From positions 3,555 through 67,554 of the forward strand of contig CAJJDF010000015.1 of NCBI GenBank assembly GCA_905182785.1: a stretch of DNA of 64,000 nucleotides, given 5' to 3'. The position numbers and the translations under genes are program-made. Of this stretch, positions 44,869 through 53,572 are shown in pieces. Position 1 is the stretch's first letter. The number at the start of each line of letters is the position of its first letter. The notes under the pieces were generated by a model that was not told the origin of the DNA, ran no database searches, and saw only the letters and a list, made by a program, of their open reading frames with translations. Source of the DNA: an uncultured Flavobacteriales bacterium. Its GTDB lineage: Bacteria > Bacteroidota > Bacteroidia > Flavobacteriales_D > CAJJDF01.

Positions 44869-46032
44869 CTAATCCACTTTCACCCTCTTCGCCACTTCTT
44901 TAGTTTTCTCAATAAGAGCGTTCATGTCGCATCCAAGTTTATCATAGCTTAGAGCTATAGCCATTCTTCTGTATGGTCTTGTAACTTGTTTTCCAAATAT
45001 TTTAATATCAGAGTTTGGTTGAGCCAAAACTTCTTCAATTCCATCATAAACAGGGTTTTCTCCGTGTTCTTTTCCAAGAATTACGGCACTAACTCCCGCT
45101 TGTAGTAGTTTTATTTCTGGAATAGGAATTCCTAAAATTGCTCTAAAATGCAATTCAAATTCATTAAAATTTTGTGTGTTTGCTAAAGTAACCATTCCGG
45201 TATCGTGTGGTCTTGGTGAAAGTTCAGAGAAATAAACATCCTCTTTCGTTAAGAAAAACTCTACTCCCCAAATTCCAGCCCCACCCAATTCTTGAGTAAC
45301 TTCTGCAGCCATTCTTTGGGCAATTTCAAGCAATGAACTATCTACAGTTGCTGGTTGCCAACTTTGTTGGTAATCTCCTCTTTCTTGCACATGTCCAATT
45401 GGTGAACAAAATAAGGTGTTTCCGTTTTTTTGAGTAACAGTAAGTAAGGTAATTTCCGAATCAAAAGGAACAAATTCTTCTACAATAACTTCTATAATAT
45501 CTCCTCTAGAACCTTGAACTGCATACTTCCATGCTTTTTCAATATCTTCTTCTGTTTTTATTACAGATTGTCCTTTTCCTGAAGATGACATCAAAGGCTT
45601 TACAACACAAGGCATTCCCAATTTAGCTACAGCAGTTTTCAATTCTTCTCCGGAAGTAGCATAAAAATAAGCCGCAGTTTTAAGGCCTAATTTCTTAGCA
45701 GCAAGATCTCTTATCTCTTTACGGTTCATGGTATAGTTAGCTGCTTTTGCACTTGGCACAACTGTGATTCCTTGTTTTTCGTAATCGTAAAATCTTTCGG
45801 TACGAATCGCTTCAATCTCTGGAACAATGTAATCGGGAGCATGTTTAGCAACAATTCTATCTAGTTCATCTCCATCTAGCATGTCAATTACCTCATGTAA
45901 ATCAGAGACTTGCATGGCGGGAGCATTTTCATAACTATCTACGGCTATAACTGTTTGTCCCATTCTTTTTGCTGCAATTGCAAATTCTTTCCCTAGCTCT
46001 CCAGAGCCCAATAACATTATTTTAAAAGCCAT
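44869..46032 (-). CDS. purT: formate-dependent phosphoribosylglycinamide formyltransferase
   Basis: 387 aa. The N-terminus reads [21 protein letters not shown], with an ATP-grasp core ([14 protein letters not shown]) and a PurT-like C-terminus. Confidence 0.9.
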   Translation of the reverse strand: MAFKIMLLGSGELGKEFAIAAKRMGQTVIAVDSYENAPAMQVSDLHEVIDMLDGDELDRIVAKHAPDYIVPEIEAIRTERFYDYEKQGITVVPSAKAANYTMNRKEIRDLAAKKLGLKTAAYFYATSGEELKTAVAKLGMPCVVKPLMSSSGKGQSVIKTEEDIEKAWKYAVQGSRGDIIEVIVEEFVPFDSEITLLTVTQKNGNTLFCSPIGHVQERGDYQQSWQPATVDSSLLEIAQRMAAEVTQELGGAGIWGVEFFLTKEDVYFSELSPRPHDTGMVTLANTQNFNEFELHFRAILGIPIPEIKLLQAGVSAVILGKEHGENPVYDGIEEVLAQPNSDIKIFGKQVTRPYRRMAIALSYDKLGCDMNALIEKTKEVAKRVKVD

Positions 46033-46071
46033 TTCGTTTATTTTTTATAAAATTAAGGAATTTCTCTCTTT

Positions 46072-46110
46072 AAAATAAAAAATGCAACATAGATTTCTTT
46101 GTATTGCATT
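46072..46110 (-). terminator. possible rho-independent terminator after the 46138-46554 gene
   Basis: A 7-bp stem AATGCAA/TTGCATT (46081-46087 / 46104-46110) has a 16-nt loop and is followed on the minus strand by a U-run. The large loop makes this weak. Confidence 0.35.
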
Positions 46111-46137
46111 TTAAACTTTTATTTAAAGTTAAATTAA

Positions 46138-46554
46138 TTAGTATTCTTCCATTTTAATGCCTGTGGGTAAAAAAGCAGAAATATAGGTTCTATCTTCTAT
46201 GATATCGCTAGTTCCTCCTGATAATCTTTCTACTTGTAACACACCGTCTTCGTATATTCGTGTTGTAATGAGTTGATTTGAGTTTGAAACTCTATCTTCT
46301 AAACACTCTACACTCATAAAATATTCTTTAGGGACTTCATCACTTGGAATTGAGAATTCTTGAAAATAATAGGTCGCAGAAACACCCCGTTTTACGTCTT
46401 CACCAAAAGTGGTATTTGCGTAAAAAATGGAAAATGTCCTATCTGGATTTGTCGCTTCCACTTCGTATCGGATAATCACATCAACAATTCGTTCTTTGGT
46501 GCAGCTCGTCAAGATTAAAATTAGGGCTGTTGTAAGTAAAGTAATTTTTTTCAT
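46138..46554 (-). CDS. hypothetical lipoprotein
   Basis: The track ORF starts at 46590. The Met at 46554 gives MKKITLLTTALILILTSC, a clean lipoprotein signal (138 aa). Confidence 0.5.
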   Translation of the reverse strand: MKKITLLTTALILILTSCTKERIVDVIIRYEVEATNPDRTFSIFYANTTFGEDVKRGVSATYYFQEFSIPSDEVPKEYFMSVECLEDRVSNSNQLITTRIYEDGVLQVERLSGGTSDIIEDRTYISAFLPTGIKMEEY

Positions 46555-46600
46555 AGCATTTGTGTTTTCAATAACTAAACCAAAAAACATGCCATAAAAA

Positions 46601-46634
46601 AAGCAAAAGCCGATTTTTCAGCTTTTGCTTTTTT
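46601..46634. terminator. bidirectional rho-independent terminator
   Basis: The stem AAGCAAAAGC/GCTTTTGCTT has a 10-nt loop and is flanked by an A-run and a T-run, 19 nt downstream of the stop at 46653. Confidence 0.6.
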
Positions 46635-46652
46635 AGTATTCTTTTGGTTAGT

Positions 46653-47171
46653 TTACTTCCCCAACAATCCACCAATGAATCCTGCAATTCCTCCTTTTTT
46701 CTTAGTGATAAACAGATTAGCAATATCACCTAAATCAACTCCATCTCCATTCGAGTCAATTCCTCCTAATAAATTGGAAAGCATACCACCAATTCCATTA
46801 GATTGAACATTACTTTGTTTTTTCTCTTTACCTAAATAAGCCATAACAAGAGGTGCAGCCATTTCCATAATCTTACTCATAGATCCTGAACTCACTCCAG
46901 TCTTCTGGCTCAACATTCCTTCTACTTTCGTTCTTCTAGAACCTAAAGTGTGATTCAATATTCCTTTCCCGTTTACTGCTTTTGGGTTATCCAAAAACCC
47001 AGATAGGTTATCTAATAAACTTCCGTCATGATCTTTTTCTAAAGCTGTTGCCAATTGTTTTTGTCCCAATTTACTTTGGGAGTTTCCTTTTAGTGCAGTC
47101 AATAAGGTTGGCACTACAGCCGATAAAGCACTCACTGTTTGATTTTTATTCAGCCCTGCTTGGTTACTCAT
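46653..47171 (-). CDS. DUF937-like Gly-rich hypothetical protein
   Basis: 172 aa with two repeated ...LG/LLGG segments and a C-terminus GIAGFIGGLLGK. The family assignment is from recollection. Confidence 0.45.
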   Translation of the reverse strand: MSNQAGLNKNQTVSALSAVVPTLLTALKGNSQSKLGQKQLATALEKDHDGSLLDNLSGFLDNPKAVNGKGILNHTLGSRRTKVEGMLSQKTGVSSGSMSKIMEMAAPLVMAYLGKEKKQSNVQSNGIGGMLSNLLGGIDSNGDGVDLGDIANLFITKKKGGIAGFIGGLLGK

Positions 47172-47336
47172 TTTTTCTATTTTGTCATTATCAAGAAGTC
47201 CTAGTATGCTATTTAAATCGATATTTTTATTTTTTATGTTGTATTAAAAACATAAAGTATTAAATCTTTCTAATTAATCTTAATTATTAAGTGTATAATT
47301 TTATACTTTTGAGGAACTAACTGTTAAAACAAAAGA

Positions 47337-48515
47337 ATGAAAACGGACCAGTTTCAAGCACCAGATTATTACAACTTAGACGATTTATTGACTGACGAAC
47401 ACAAATTAATTCGTGATTCGGCTCGTGAGTGGATAAAAAAAGAAGTAAGCCCAATTATAGAAGATTATTATGAAAGAGCAGAATTTCCTAAACAAGTAAT
47501 CCCAGGATTAGCTGCAATAGGAGGTTTTGGACCTTACATTCCTGAGCAATACGGAGGACCAGGATTAGACCAAATATCGTACGGATTAATCATGCAAGAA
47601 CTAGAAAGATGCGACAGTGGATTAAGATCTACTTCATCTGTACAAAGTTCATTGGTAATGTACCCAATATATGCTTATGGAAACGAGGCTCAAAGAATGA
47701 AATACTTGCCAAAATTGGCTTCAGGAGAATTTATTGGAAGTTTTGGATTAACAGAACCTGACCATGGTTCAAATCCAAGCGGAATGCTTTCTAACTTTAA
47801 AGATATGGGCGACCATTATTTATTGAACGGAGCAAAAATGTGGATTTCTAACGCTCCTTTTTGTGACATTGCTGTAGTTTGGGCAAAAAACGAAGAAGGA
47901 AGAATACATGGATTGATTGTAGAAAGAGGGATGGACGGGTTTACAACTCCTGAAACTCACGGGAAATTATCTTTGAGAGCTTCGGCAACTGGAGAGCTTA
48001 TTTTTGATAACGTGAAAGTGCCAAAAGAAAATTTATTACCAAACAAATCGGGATTAGGAGCACCACTTGGCTGCCTTGATTCTGCAAGGTATGGAATTGC
48101 TTGGGGAGCAATAGGAGCTGCAATGGATTGTTACGATTCTGCACTTAGGTATTCTAAAGAAAGAATTCAATTTGGGAAACCAATTGCAAGTTTCCAATTG
48201 ATGCAAAAGAAATTGGCTGAGATGATTACTGAAATCACAAAAGCTCAATTATTAACTTTCCGTTTGGGGCAAATGAAAAATGCTGGAACTGCAACAACAG
48301 CTCAAATCTCTATGGCAAAACGTAATAACGTAGCCATGGCTTTAGATGTAGCGAGAGAAGCAAGACAAATTCATGGAGCAATGGGAATTACAAACGAATA
48401 TTCTATTATGCGTCATATGGCAAATCTAGAATCGGTAGTCACTTATGAAGGAACTCACGATATTCATTTATTGATTACAGGAATGGATATTACTGGGATA
48501 CCTGCATTCAAATAA
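47337..48515 (+). CDS. acyl-CoA dehydrogenase, glutaryl-CoA dehydrogenase-like
   Basis: 392 aa. ACAD motifs are present (GSFGLTEPDHGSNPSGM, MWISNAP, YEGTHDIH). The N-terminus (DYYNLDDLLTDEHKLIRD) is typical of GCDH-type enzymes. Confidence 0.85.
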   Translation: MKTDQFQAPDYYNLDDLLTDEHKLIRDSAREWIKKEVSPIIEDYYERAEFPKQVIPGLAAIGGFGPYIPEQYGGPGLDQISYGLIMQELERCDSGLRSTSSVQSSLVMYPIYAYGNEAQRMKYLPKLASGEFIGSFGLTEPDHGSNPSGMLSNFKDMGDHYLLNGAKMWISNAPFCDIAVVWAKNEEGRIHGLIVERGMDGFTTPETHGKLSLRASATGELIFDNVKVPKENLLPNKSGLGAPLGCLDSARYGIAWGAIGAAMDCYDSALRYSKERIQFGKPIASFQLMQKKLAEMITEITKAQLLTFRLGQMKNAGTATTAQISMAKRNNVAMALDVAREARQIHGAMGITNEYSIMRHMANLESVVTYEGTHDIHLLITGMDITGIPAFK

Positions 48516-48537
48516 GATATTTAAAATTCAGAATTGA

Positions 48538-48570
48538 AAGTCTCAAATTTATTTAATTTGGGACTTTTTT
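48538..48570 (+). terminator. rho-independent terminator after the acyl-CoA dehydrogenase gene
   Basis: The stem AAGTCTCAAATT/AATTTGGGACTT (one G-U pair) is followed by TTTTTT. Confidence 0.6.
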
Positions 48571-48581
48571 AGTTTAAAATA

Positions 48582-49397
48582 TTATTTATTATTCTGCTTT
48601 ATGGTTTGATCAATTTTTTCATAAATTATTTTGCCATCAACTAGAAATATAATTTTATCATCACAAATTTCGTAATCATCAAAATCATCAACCGAACTAG
48701 CTTCCCATTTTGATTCGAAATTTTTTAAATTGTAGCTAAATATATTATTGACGGACTTATGATAAAGTTTATCGTTTTTAAACTTATAATTTTCTGCATT
48801 TTTAAAATAAATAGCTCCAACATAATTTCCAAACAAATCAAACTTTAGAAATCCATGTTTTTGGTCAAATAAATACACTAAGTTTTCATATTCTATCAAC
48901 TTTGTAGGATTAATGTCTTTTTGTACCAATTGTGCAATGTTTTTATAACGATTGGTGACTTTTCCTTGTTTGTCAGTTTTTATAAGAGATTGTGTTGTAA
49001 TAGAATAAAGCCAAAAAGAATTATCTCTGTTTGAGGCACAAGCCAAATCAACTAATTCGAAAAAGAATAAATCAATTTTGTTGGTTTGTGATAATGTGTT
49101 GTCAAGTAAAATAATTTCTTGTTGTTGCTTATAAAACAACATCAGTTGCAAAGGATTTCTAGAATCGAACGAAGAAATAGTTCCGTTACTAAAAATTGAA
49201 TTGGATTGAATTGGTTTCAAATCACTGGAGTATTTCGTGATTTTCATATCCGAAATTTGATAAATATTACCCAGTTTATCTTGTGAGAGAAAGGAGGTTG
49301 ATTCTTCTGGTTTTGTAATGTTTTTGGTTGTATTGCAGGAGAATGTGAATAGGAGGAAACCTAGGAATAGAAATGATATTTTGGTTAGGTTTTTCAT
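48582..49397 (-). CDS. hypothetical lipoprotein
   Basis: 271 aa. The signal peptide ends FTFSC. It is beta-rich and Asn/Lys-rich, and I recognised no family. Confidence 0.5.
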   Translation of the reverse strand: MKNLTKISFLFLGFLLFTFSCNTTKNITKPEESTSFLSQDKLGNIYQISDMKITKYSSDLKPIQSNSIFSNGTISSFDSRNPLQLMLFYKQQQEIILLDNTLSQTNKIDLFFFELVDLACASNRDNSFWLYSITTQSLIKTDKQGKVTNRYKNIAQLVQKDINPTKLIEYENLVYLFDQKHGFLKFDLFGNYVGAIYFKNAENYKFKNDKLYHKSVNNIFSYNLKNFESKWEASSVDDFDDYEICDDKIIFLVDGKIIYEKIDQTIKQNNK

Positions 49398-49413
49398 TTA
49401 TCTTTCTCAAGTC

Positions 49414-49513
49414 GGACTTCGATACTTTTTTCTTTCAGAAAAACACTCAGCCCTCAGTTTTTGTTTTCCGAACCCTGAGTTCGACCGATAGGGAGAGTAT
49501 CGAAGGGTGACTT
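49414..49513. repeat. structured intergenic repeat, copy B
   Basis: Same element as 29861-29972. The outer stem is CTTCGATAC/GTATCGAAG (49417-49425 / 49497-49505) and the inner stem is ACTCAG/CTGAGT (49445-49450 / 49475-49480). It ends 2 nt from the hflX stop codon. Confidence 0.7.
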
Positions 49514-49515
49514 AG

Positions 49516-50733
49516 TTACTGTTCTTCATAATTCTGGTACAAGAAATCATTGTATGGAAATCTTTGGATGTGAATTTCTTTCACTTGCGCATACATTTTC
49601 TCTCTCAGCTCTTCTATATTAAGCTTTTTAACGGCAGAAATAAAAATACAGTTGTCCTCATTCATTCTTCCCATCCAAGTCTTTTTCAATTCCTCTAAAG
49701 AGATATTTTCTCTAAGAACAGGAGACAAATCATCTTCGTCTTTTTTTACAAACGTAAAAGCATCAATTTTATTAAAAACCAAGATAGTTGGTTTGTCCAT
49801 TGCGCCAATTTCTTTCAAAGTTTCGTTCACAGTGTTATAGTGATCTTCAAATGCAGGGTGTGCAATATCTACAATATGCAACAATAAATCTGCCTCACGA
49901 ACTTCGTCAAGTGTAGACTTAAAAGACTCTACCAATTGGTGAGGTAATTTTCTTATAAACCCTACAGTATCGGCCAATAAAAATGGAATATTTTGGAATA
50001 CTATTTTACGAACTGTAGTATCCAAAGTGGCAAATAATTTGTTTTCGGCAAACACTTTTTCTTTTCCTAAAAGGTTGAGCACAGTTGATTTTCCTACATT
50101 GGTATAACCCACCAAAGCAACTCGCACCATTTTCCCTCTGTTTTGTCTTTGGGTAAATTTTTGCTTGTCTATTTTTTCTAATTTCTTTTTTAGCAGTGAA
50201 ATTTTATCGCCAATAATTCTTCTATCCGTTTCAATTTCTGTTTCTCCAGGCCCTCTCATTCCAATTCCCCCTTTTTGTCTATCCAGGTGAGTCCACATTT
50301 TGGTAAGTCTTGGTAAAAGATACTGATATTGAGCCAATTCTACTTGTGTTCTTGCATGCGAAGTTTGAGCCCTACTTGCAAAAATATCTAGGATTAATGC
50401 ACTTCTATCCAGTATTTTTATTTCCAAAATGGCTTCAATATTTCTCAATTGTGAAGGCGAAAGTTCGTCATCAAAAATTGCTAAATCAATGCTATTGGAT
50501 TTTATATATTGCCTTATTTCGTCTAGTTTTCCTTTTCCCACAAATGTTTTTGGGTGAGGGTATTCTACTTTTTGCGTAAATCGTTTTACCGTAATTGCTC
50601 CAGCAGTTTCTGCAAGAAAAGCCAATTCATCTAAATACTCTTTCACATCATCTTGCGACTGTTGTTGCGTAATTACCCCAATAATCACAGCTTTTTCGGC
50701 TGCATAATGAACCTTTTTATTCTTTTCTATCAT
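49516..50733 (-). CDS. hflX: GTPase HflX
   Basis: 405 aa. It has the HflX N-terminal domain, G1 (GYTNVGKST), G3 (DTVGF) and G4 (NKID). Confidence 0.92.
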   Translation of the reverse strand: MIEKNKKVHYAAEKAVIIGVITQQQSQDDVKEYLDELAFLAETAGAITVKRFTQKVEYPHPKTFVGKGKLDEIRQYIKSNSIDLAIFDDELSPSQLRNIEAILEIKILDRSALILDIFASRAQTSHARTQVELAQYQYLLPRLTKMWTHLDRQKGGIGMRGPGETEIETDRRIIGDKISLLKKKLEKIDKQKFTQRQNRGKMVRVALVGYTNVGKSTVLNLLGKEKVFAENKLFATLDTTVRKIVFQNIPFLLADTVGFIRKLPHQLVESFKSTLDEVREADLLLHIVDIAHPAFEDHYNTVNETLKEIGAMDKPTILVFNKIDAFTFVKKDEDDLSPVLRENISLEELKKTWMGRMNEDNCIFISAVKKLNIEELREKMYAQVKEIHIQRFPYNDFLYQNYEEQ

Positions 50734-50748
50734 TCCTTTTGCTCTTCT

Positions 50749-51390
50749 TTATCTTAAAAATCTATTGTTTGCTTTTTCAAAACCTATCGTAGTTTCGGGA
50801 CCGTGACCACAATATACCACAAACTCATCTGAGAGTGTAAATAATTTGGTTTTAATACTGTGAACTAAAATAGCTTCATCACCTCCCGGTAAATCTACTC
50901 TTCCCACACTTCCGTAAAAAAGACAATCTCCGTTTATTACAAATTTCTCTTCTCTGGCTACAAAGACAACATGTCCTGGAGCATGACCAGGAACAAATAG
51001 GATGTCTAATTCTGAGTTTCCAAAAGTAATGGTATCTCCTTCTTCAAAAAATGAAGTGGGAGATTCGCAAGCTTGGTAATTGGTGAATCCATAATTTCCT
51101 GCGTAAGTGGGAACAGAAATTAGAGTTTGTAAATCTAGTTTGTGAATTTGTAACTTAATTCCATACGTTTCCATCACAAACTTATTTCCCAATACATGGT
51201 CAATGTGACTATGTGTAGAGATTAGTTTTACTGGTGTTAGTCCATTAGCATCTATGAAGTTCTTCAATTCATCTTGCTCGTGTTCTTCGTAACAGCCTGG
51301 GTCAATGATTACACACTCCTTGGTTTCATCAAAAAGGATATAAGTGTTCTCTTGAAACGGGTTAAAAGTTATTTTTTGTACGGAAATCAT
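50749..51390 (-). CDS. MBL-fold metallo-hydrolase (glyoxalase II-like)
   Basis: 213 aa. Contains STHSHIDH (HxHxDH), PGHAPGH and a late GH. Confidence 0.85.
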   Translation of the reverse strand: MISVQKITFNPFQENTYILFDETKECVIIDPGCYEEHEQDELKNFIDANGLTPVKLISTHSHIDHVLGNKFVMETYGIKLQIHKLDLQTLISVPTYAGNYGFTNYQACESPTSFFEEGDTITFGNSELDILFVPGHAPGHVVFVAREEKFVINGDCLFYGSVGRVDLPGGDEAILVHSIKTKLFTLSDEFVVYCGHGPETTIGFEKANNRFLR

Positions 51391-51405
51391 TTATTTATTA
51401 AATTT

Positions 51406-51516
51406 TTATAAAACAAAAATTGCTGCAATTATAAAGAGTAGAATTATCAATAGATATTGCCAAGCATCTACAAAGTAAGGTTTTAATTTCTGCCAAGTTT
51501 CCTTTATTTTTTTCAT
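51406..51516 (-). CDS. possible 36-aa single-TM peptide upstream of the MBL hydrolase gene
   Basis: Below the 60-aa track cutoff. Reads ATG...TAA = MKKIKETWQKLKPYFVDAWQYLLIILLFIIAAIFVL and lies 15 nt upstream of, and co-directional with, 50749-51390. There is no independent support. Confidence 0.3.
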   Translation of the reverse strand: MKKIKETWQKLKPYFVDAWQYLLIILLFIIAAIFVL

Positions 51517-51862
51517 TGCTTATTTGTTCCACAAAGTTAACTATTCTAATTTGTTTCTAAATTAGAATACAGATAAAACATGAGATACCTTTAAGTTAAA
51601 AACTAGAGAAATACTATTTTGTCTCCATTCCTCAAGATTACCAAATAAATATTTATATTTAAAGCTAAATAGAATAAGAAACTAAATGAAAAAGTCAAAG
51701 AAATTTATCCTTTCCATACTTGTCATATTAATTATAGCAGTTACTTTATTGCTTGCCTTCCCAGGTTTGTTTGAGAGCGGAAAAGAGGAAGTTGCCGAAA
51801 CAGAATCAACTGAGATTCAAACAGAATTAGGAGACGAGATTTTTGATTAAGTTTAACCTTAA

Positions 51863-53572
51863 TTAAAACCTCAGTGTAGCTCCTCCCATTATATTTATTC
51901 CTTGAACAGGATATAAATAATACTGTTGGTATTTGCGGCTGATTATATTATTGAAATTTAAGAAAGCAGAAATCGATTTGTTATATCGGTATTCAAATCC
52001 TAAGTTAAAATCAATAATAGGTTTTAAATTTATCGAATACGTATTGTCACTATTAGTTTCAGCTCCGTCAACATAGACTAAAGATTTAGCTTTTCTGGTT
52101 CCAAGGAAATAAGCGTCAGCTCTAACTAAAATTTTATCAGCTAAATCATAAATTCCTCCCACAGTAATATCCAAAGCTGGGGTATTCCATACATGTTCTT
52201 GATTAAGTGGCGAAAAAAAGCTGTATTTTCCGTTTACATACACTCTTAGTTTGTCCGTTTGATCATACATTACTTGAGCACTTATTTCTGTCACATCCAT
52301 AGAATCGTACAGTACATCCATTTTGTTTTGAATGGAATAAGTAGTGTCGTTATAGTATAATGCATTTCCGTAAACACTTTTTCTTGCTACTTGTGCATTG
52401 AATGAAACTTTATTAGAAATACTTCCTCTAACCCCTGCATATACATTGTATCGAGTGTTTGTATTTTGCAAAGTAACTTGCGACAACAAGAAAGGGTTTT
52501 CGTTTGTAAGCGAACGAAAAGAGTTTCTTTCCAATCCTCCATTAATTCCAATATAGGGAACAAAAATATCATGAAAACTATACTTGGCTTCAGCATTGGG
52601 ATAAAAATGGAAACTTGTTTTATCATTCACATCAGCAAATATTCCTAGTCCCACTCTTGCGTACCATTTTTTACCTGAAGTAGTAATGTTAGGAACAACT
52701 TTAATTAGGGTATTGTTTACAGTATTTTCATTCATTGGCCAATTCCAAACACCTCCTAATGGAAGCCCCTTTATACTAGAGTAATTATTAAAATCCACTC
52801 CAAAATCCACTCCGTAAATCTCTTTATTTTGCATTTTTGATGCACTCAAATCTAAAACGACATTATTTTCTGAGGCATTATACTTGTCAAAATAATGGGT
52901 GTAGCCTAAAGAACCTTTGTAGTTTATATCTCCTGTGTCTGTATCAAAACTAGAGAAGCTCACTTTTCCTCCAATGTTATTAAAAGCTTGTTTAATATCG
53001 TTCTTATCAATTACAGTGTCTTCTGAATTGAAACCATAAAAATGATTTCCGCTTCTTTCGTAATTTATTTCTCCTGTTACCGAGAATTTCTTGTAAAAAT
53101 GCTGGTAAAAAGCACTCGCTTTATTCTCGCTCATCCCACTAAAACCTGTTCCTTTTATAGTAGAATTTGACGAAACATGTCTTCCGTGAATTCCCCAACT
53201 GCTGTTTTTAGATCTTAAAGAATTGTAATATACTTCAACCAAAGGAGTGGTGTACATTCCTATCCCACCTTTTATATAACCTCTTTTAAGTTTATCAAGA
53301 GGATCAATGATTTTTAATTTCGCTGGTGAAATTGACTGTAGTTGAAACTCAGAATTTGCTTTGTATTCATAAAATAAAAAGCTCGATTTTATCTGAGATT
53401 TTGATGTATCTCCAATCAATTTTGGGGTAAGCAGAGTTTTTTTGGTCGGCTTAATTATTCTGTCTCCAGTTCCAATTGCAGCTGTTTCTATGATAGTATC
53501 ATTCTGACTAAATCCATTTACGATAGCCAAAATAAACACTAAAAATACCGATATGTTTTTAATATAATTCAT
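51863..53572 (-). CDS. outer-membrane beta-barrel (putative porin)
   Basis: 569 aa with a signal peptide. It is Y/G/N/S-rich with alternating strands and a C-terminus ...MGGATLRF. Its start shares 1 nt with the stop of the upstream TPR gene. Confidence 0.55.
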   Translation of the reverse strand: MNYIKNISVFLVFILAIVNGFSQNDTIIETAAIGTGDRIIKPTKKTLLTPKLIGDTSKSQIKSSFLFYEYKANSEFQLQSISPAKLKIIDPLDKLKRGYIKGGIGMYTTPLVEVYYNSLRSKNSSWGIHGRHVSSNSTIKGTGFSGMSENKASAFYQHFYKKFSVTGEINYERSGNHFYGFNSEDTVIDKNDIKQAFNNIGGKVSFSSFDTDTGDINYKGSLGYTHYFDKYNASENNVVLDLSASKMQNKEIYGVDFGVDFNNYSSIKGLPLGGVWNWPMNENTVNNTLIKVVPNITTSGKKWYARVGLGIFADVNDKTSFHFYPNAEAKYSFHDIFVPYIGINGGLERNSFRSLTNENPFLLSQVTLQNTNTRYNVYAGVRGSISNKVSFNAQVARKSVYGNALYYNDTTYSIQNKMDVLYDSMDVTEISAQVMYDQTDKLRVYVNGKYSFFSPLNQEHVWNTPALDITVGGIYDLADKILVRADAYFLGTRKAKSLVYVDGAETNSDNTYSINLKPIIDFNLGFEYRYNKSISAFLNFNNIISRKYQQYYLYPVQGINIMGGATLRF

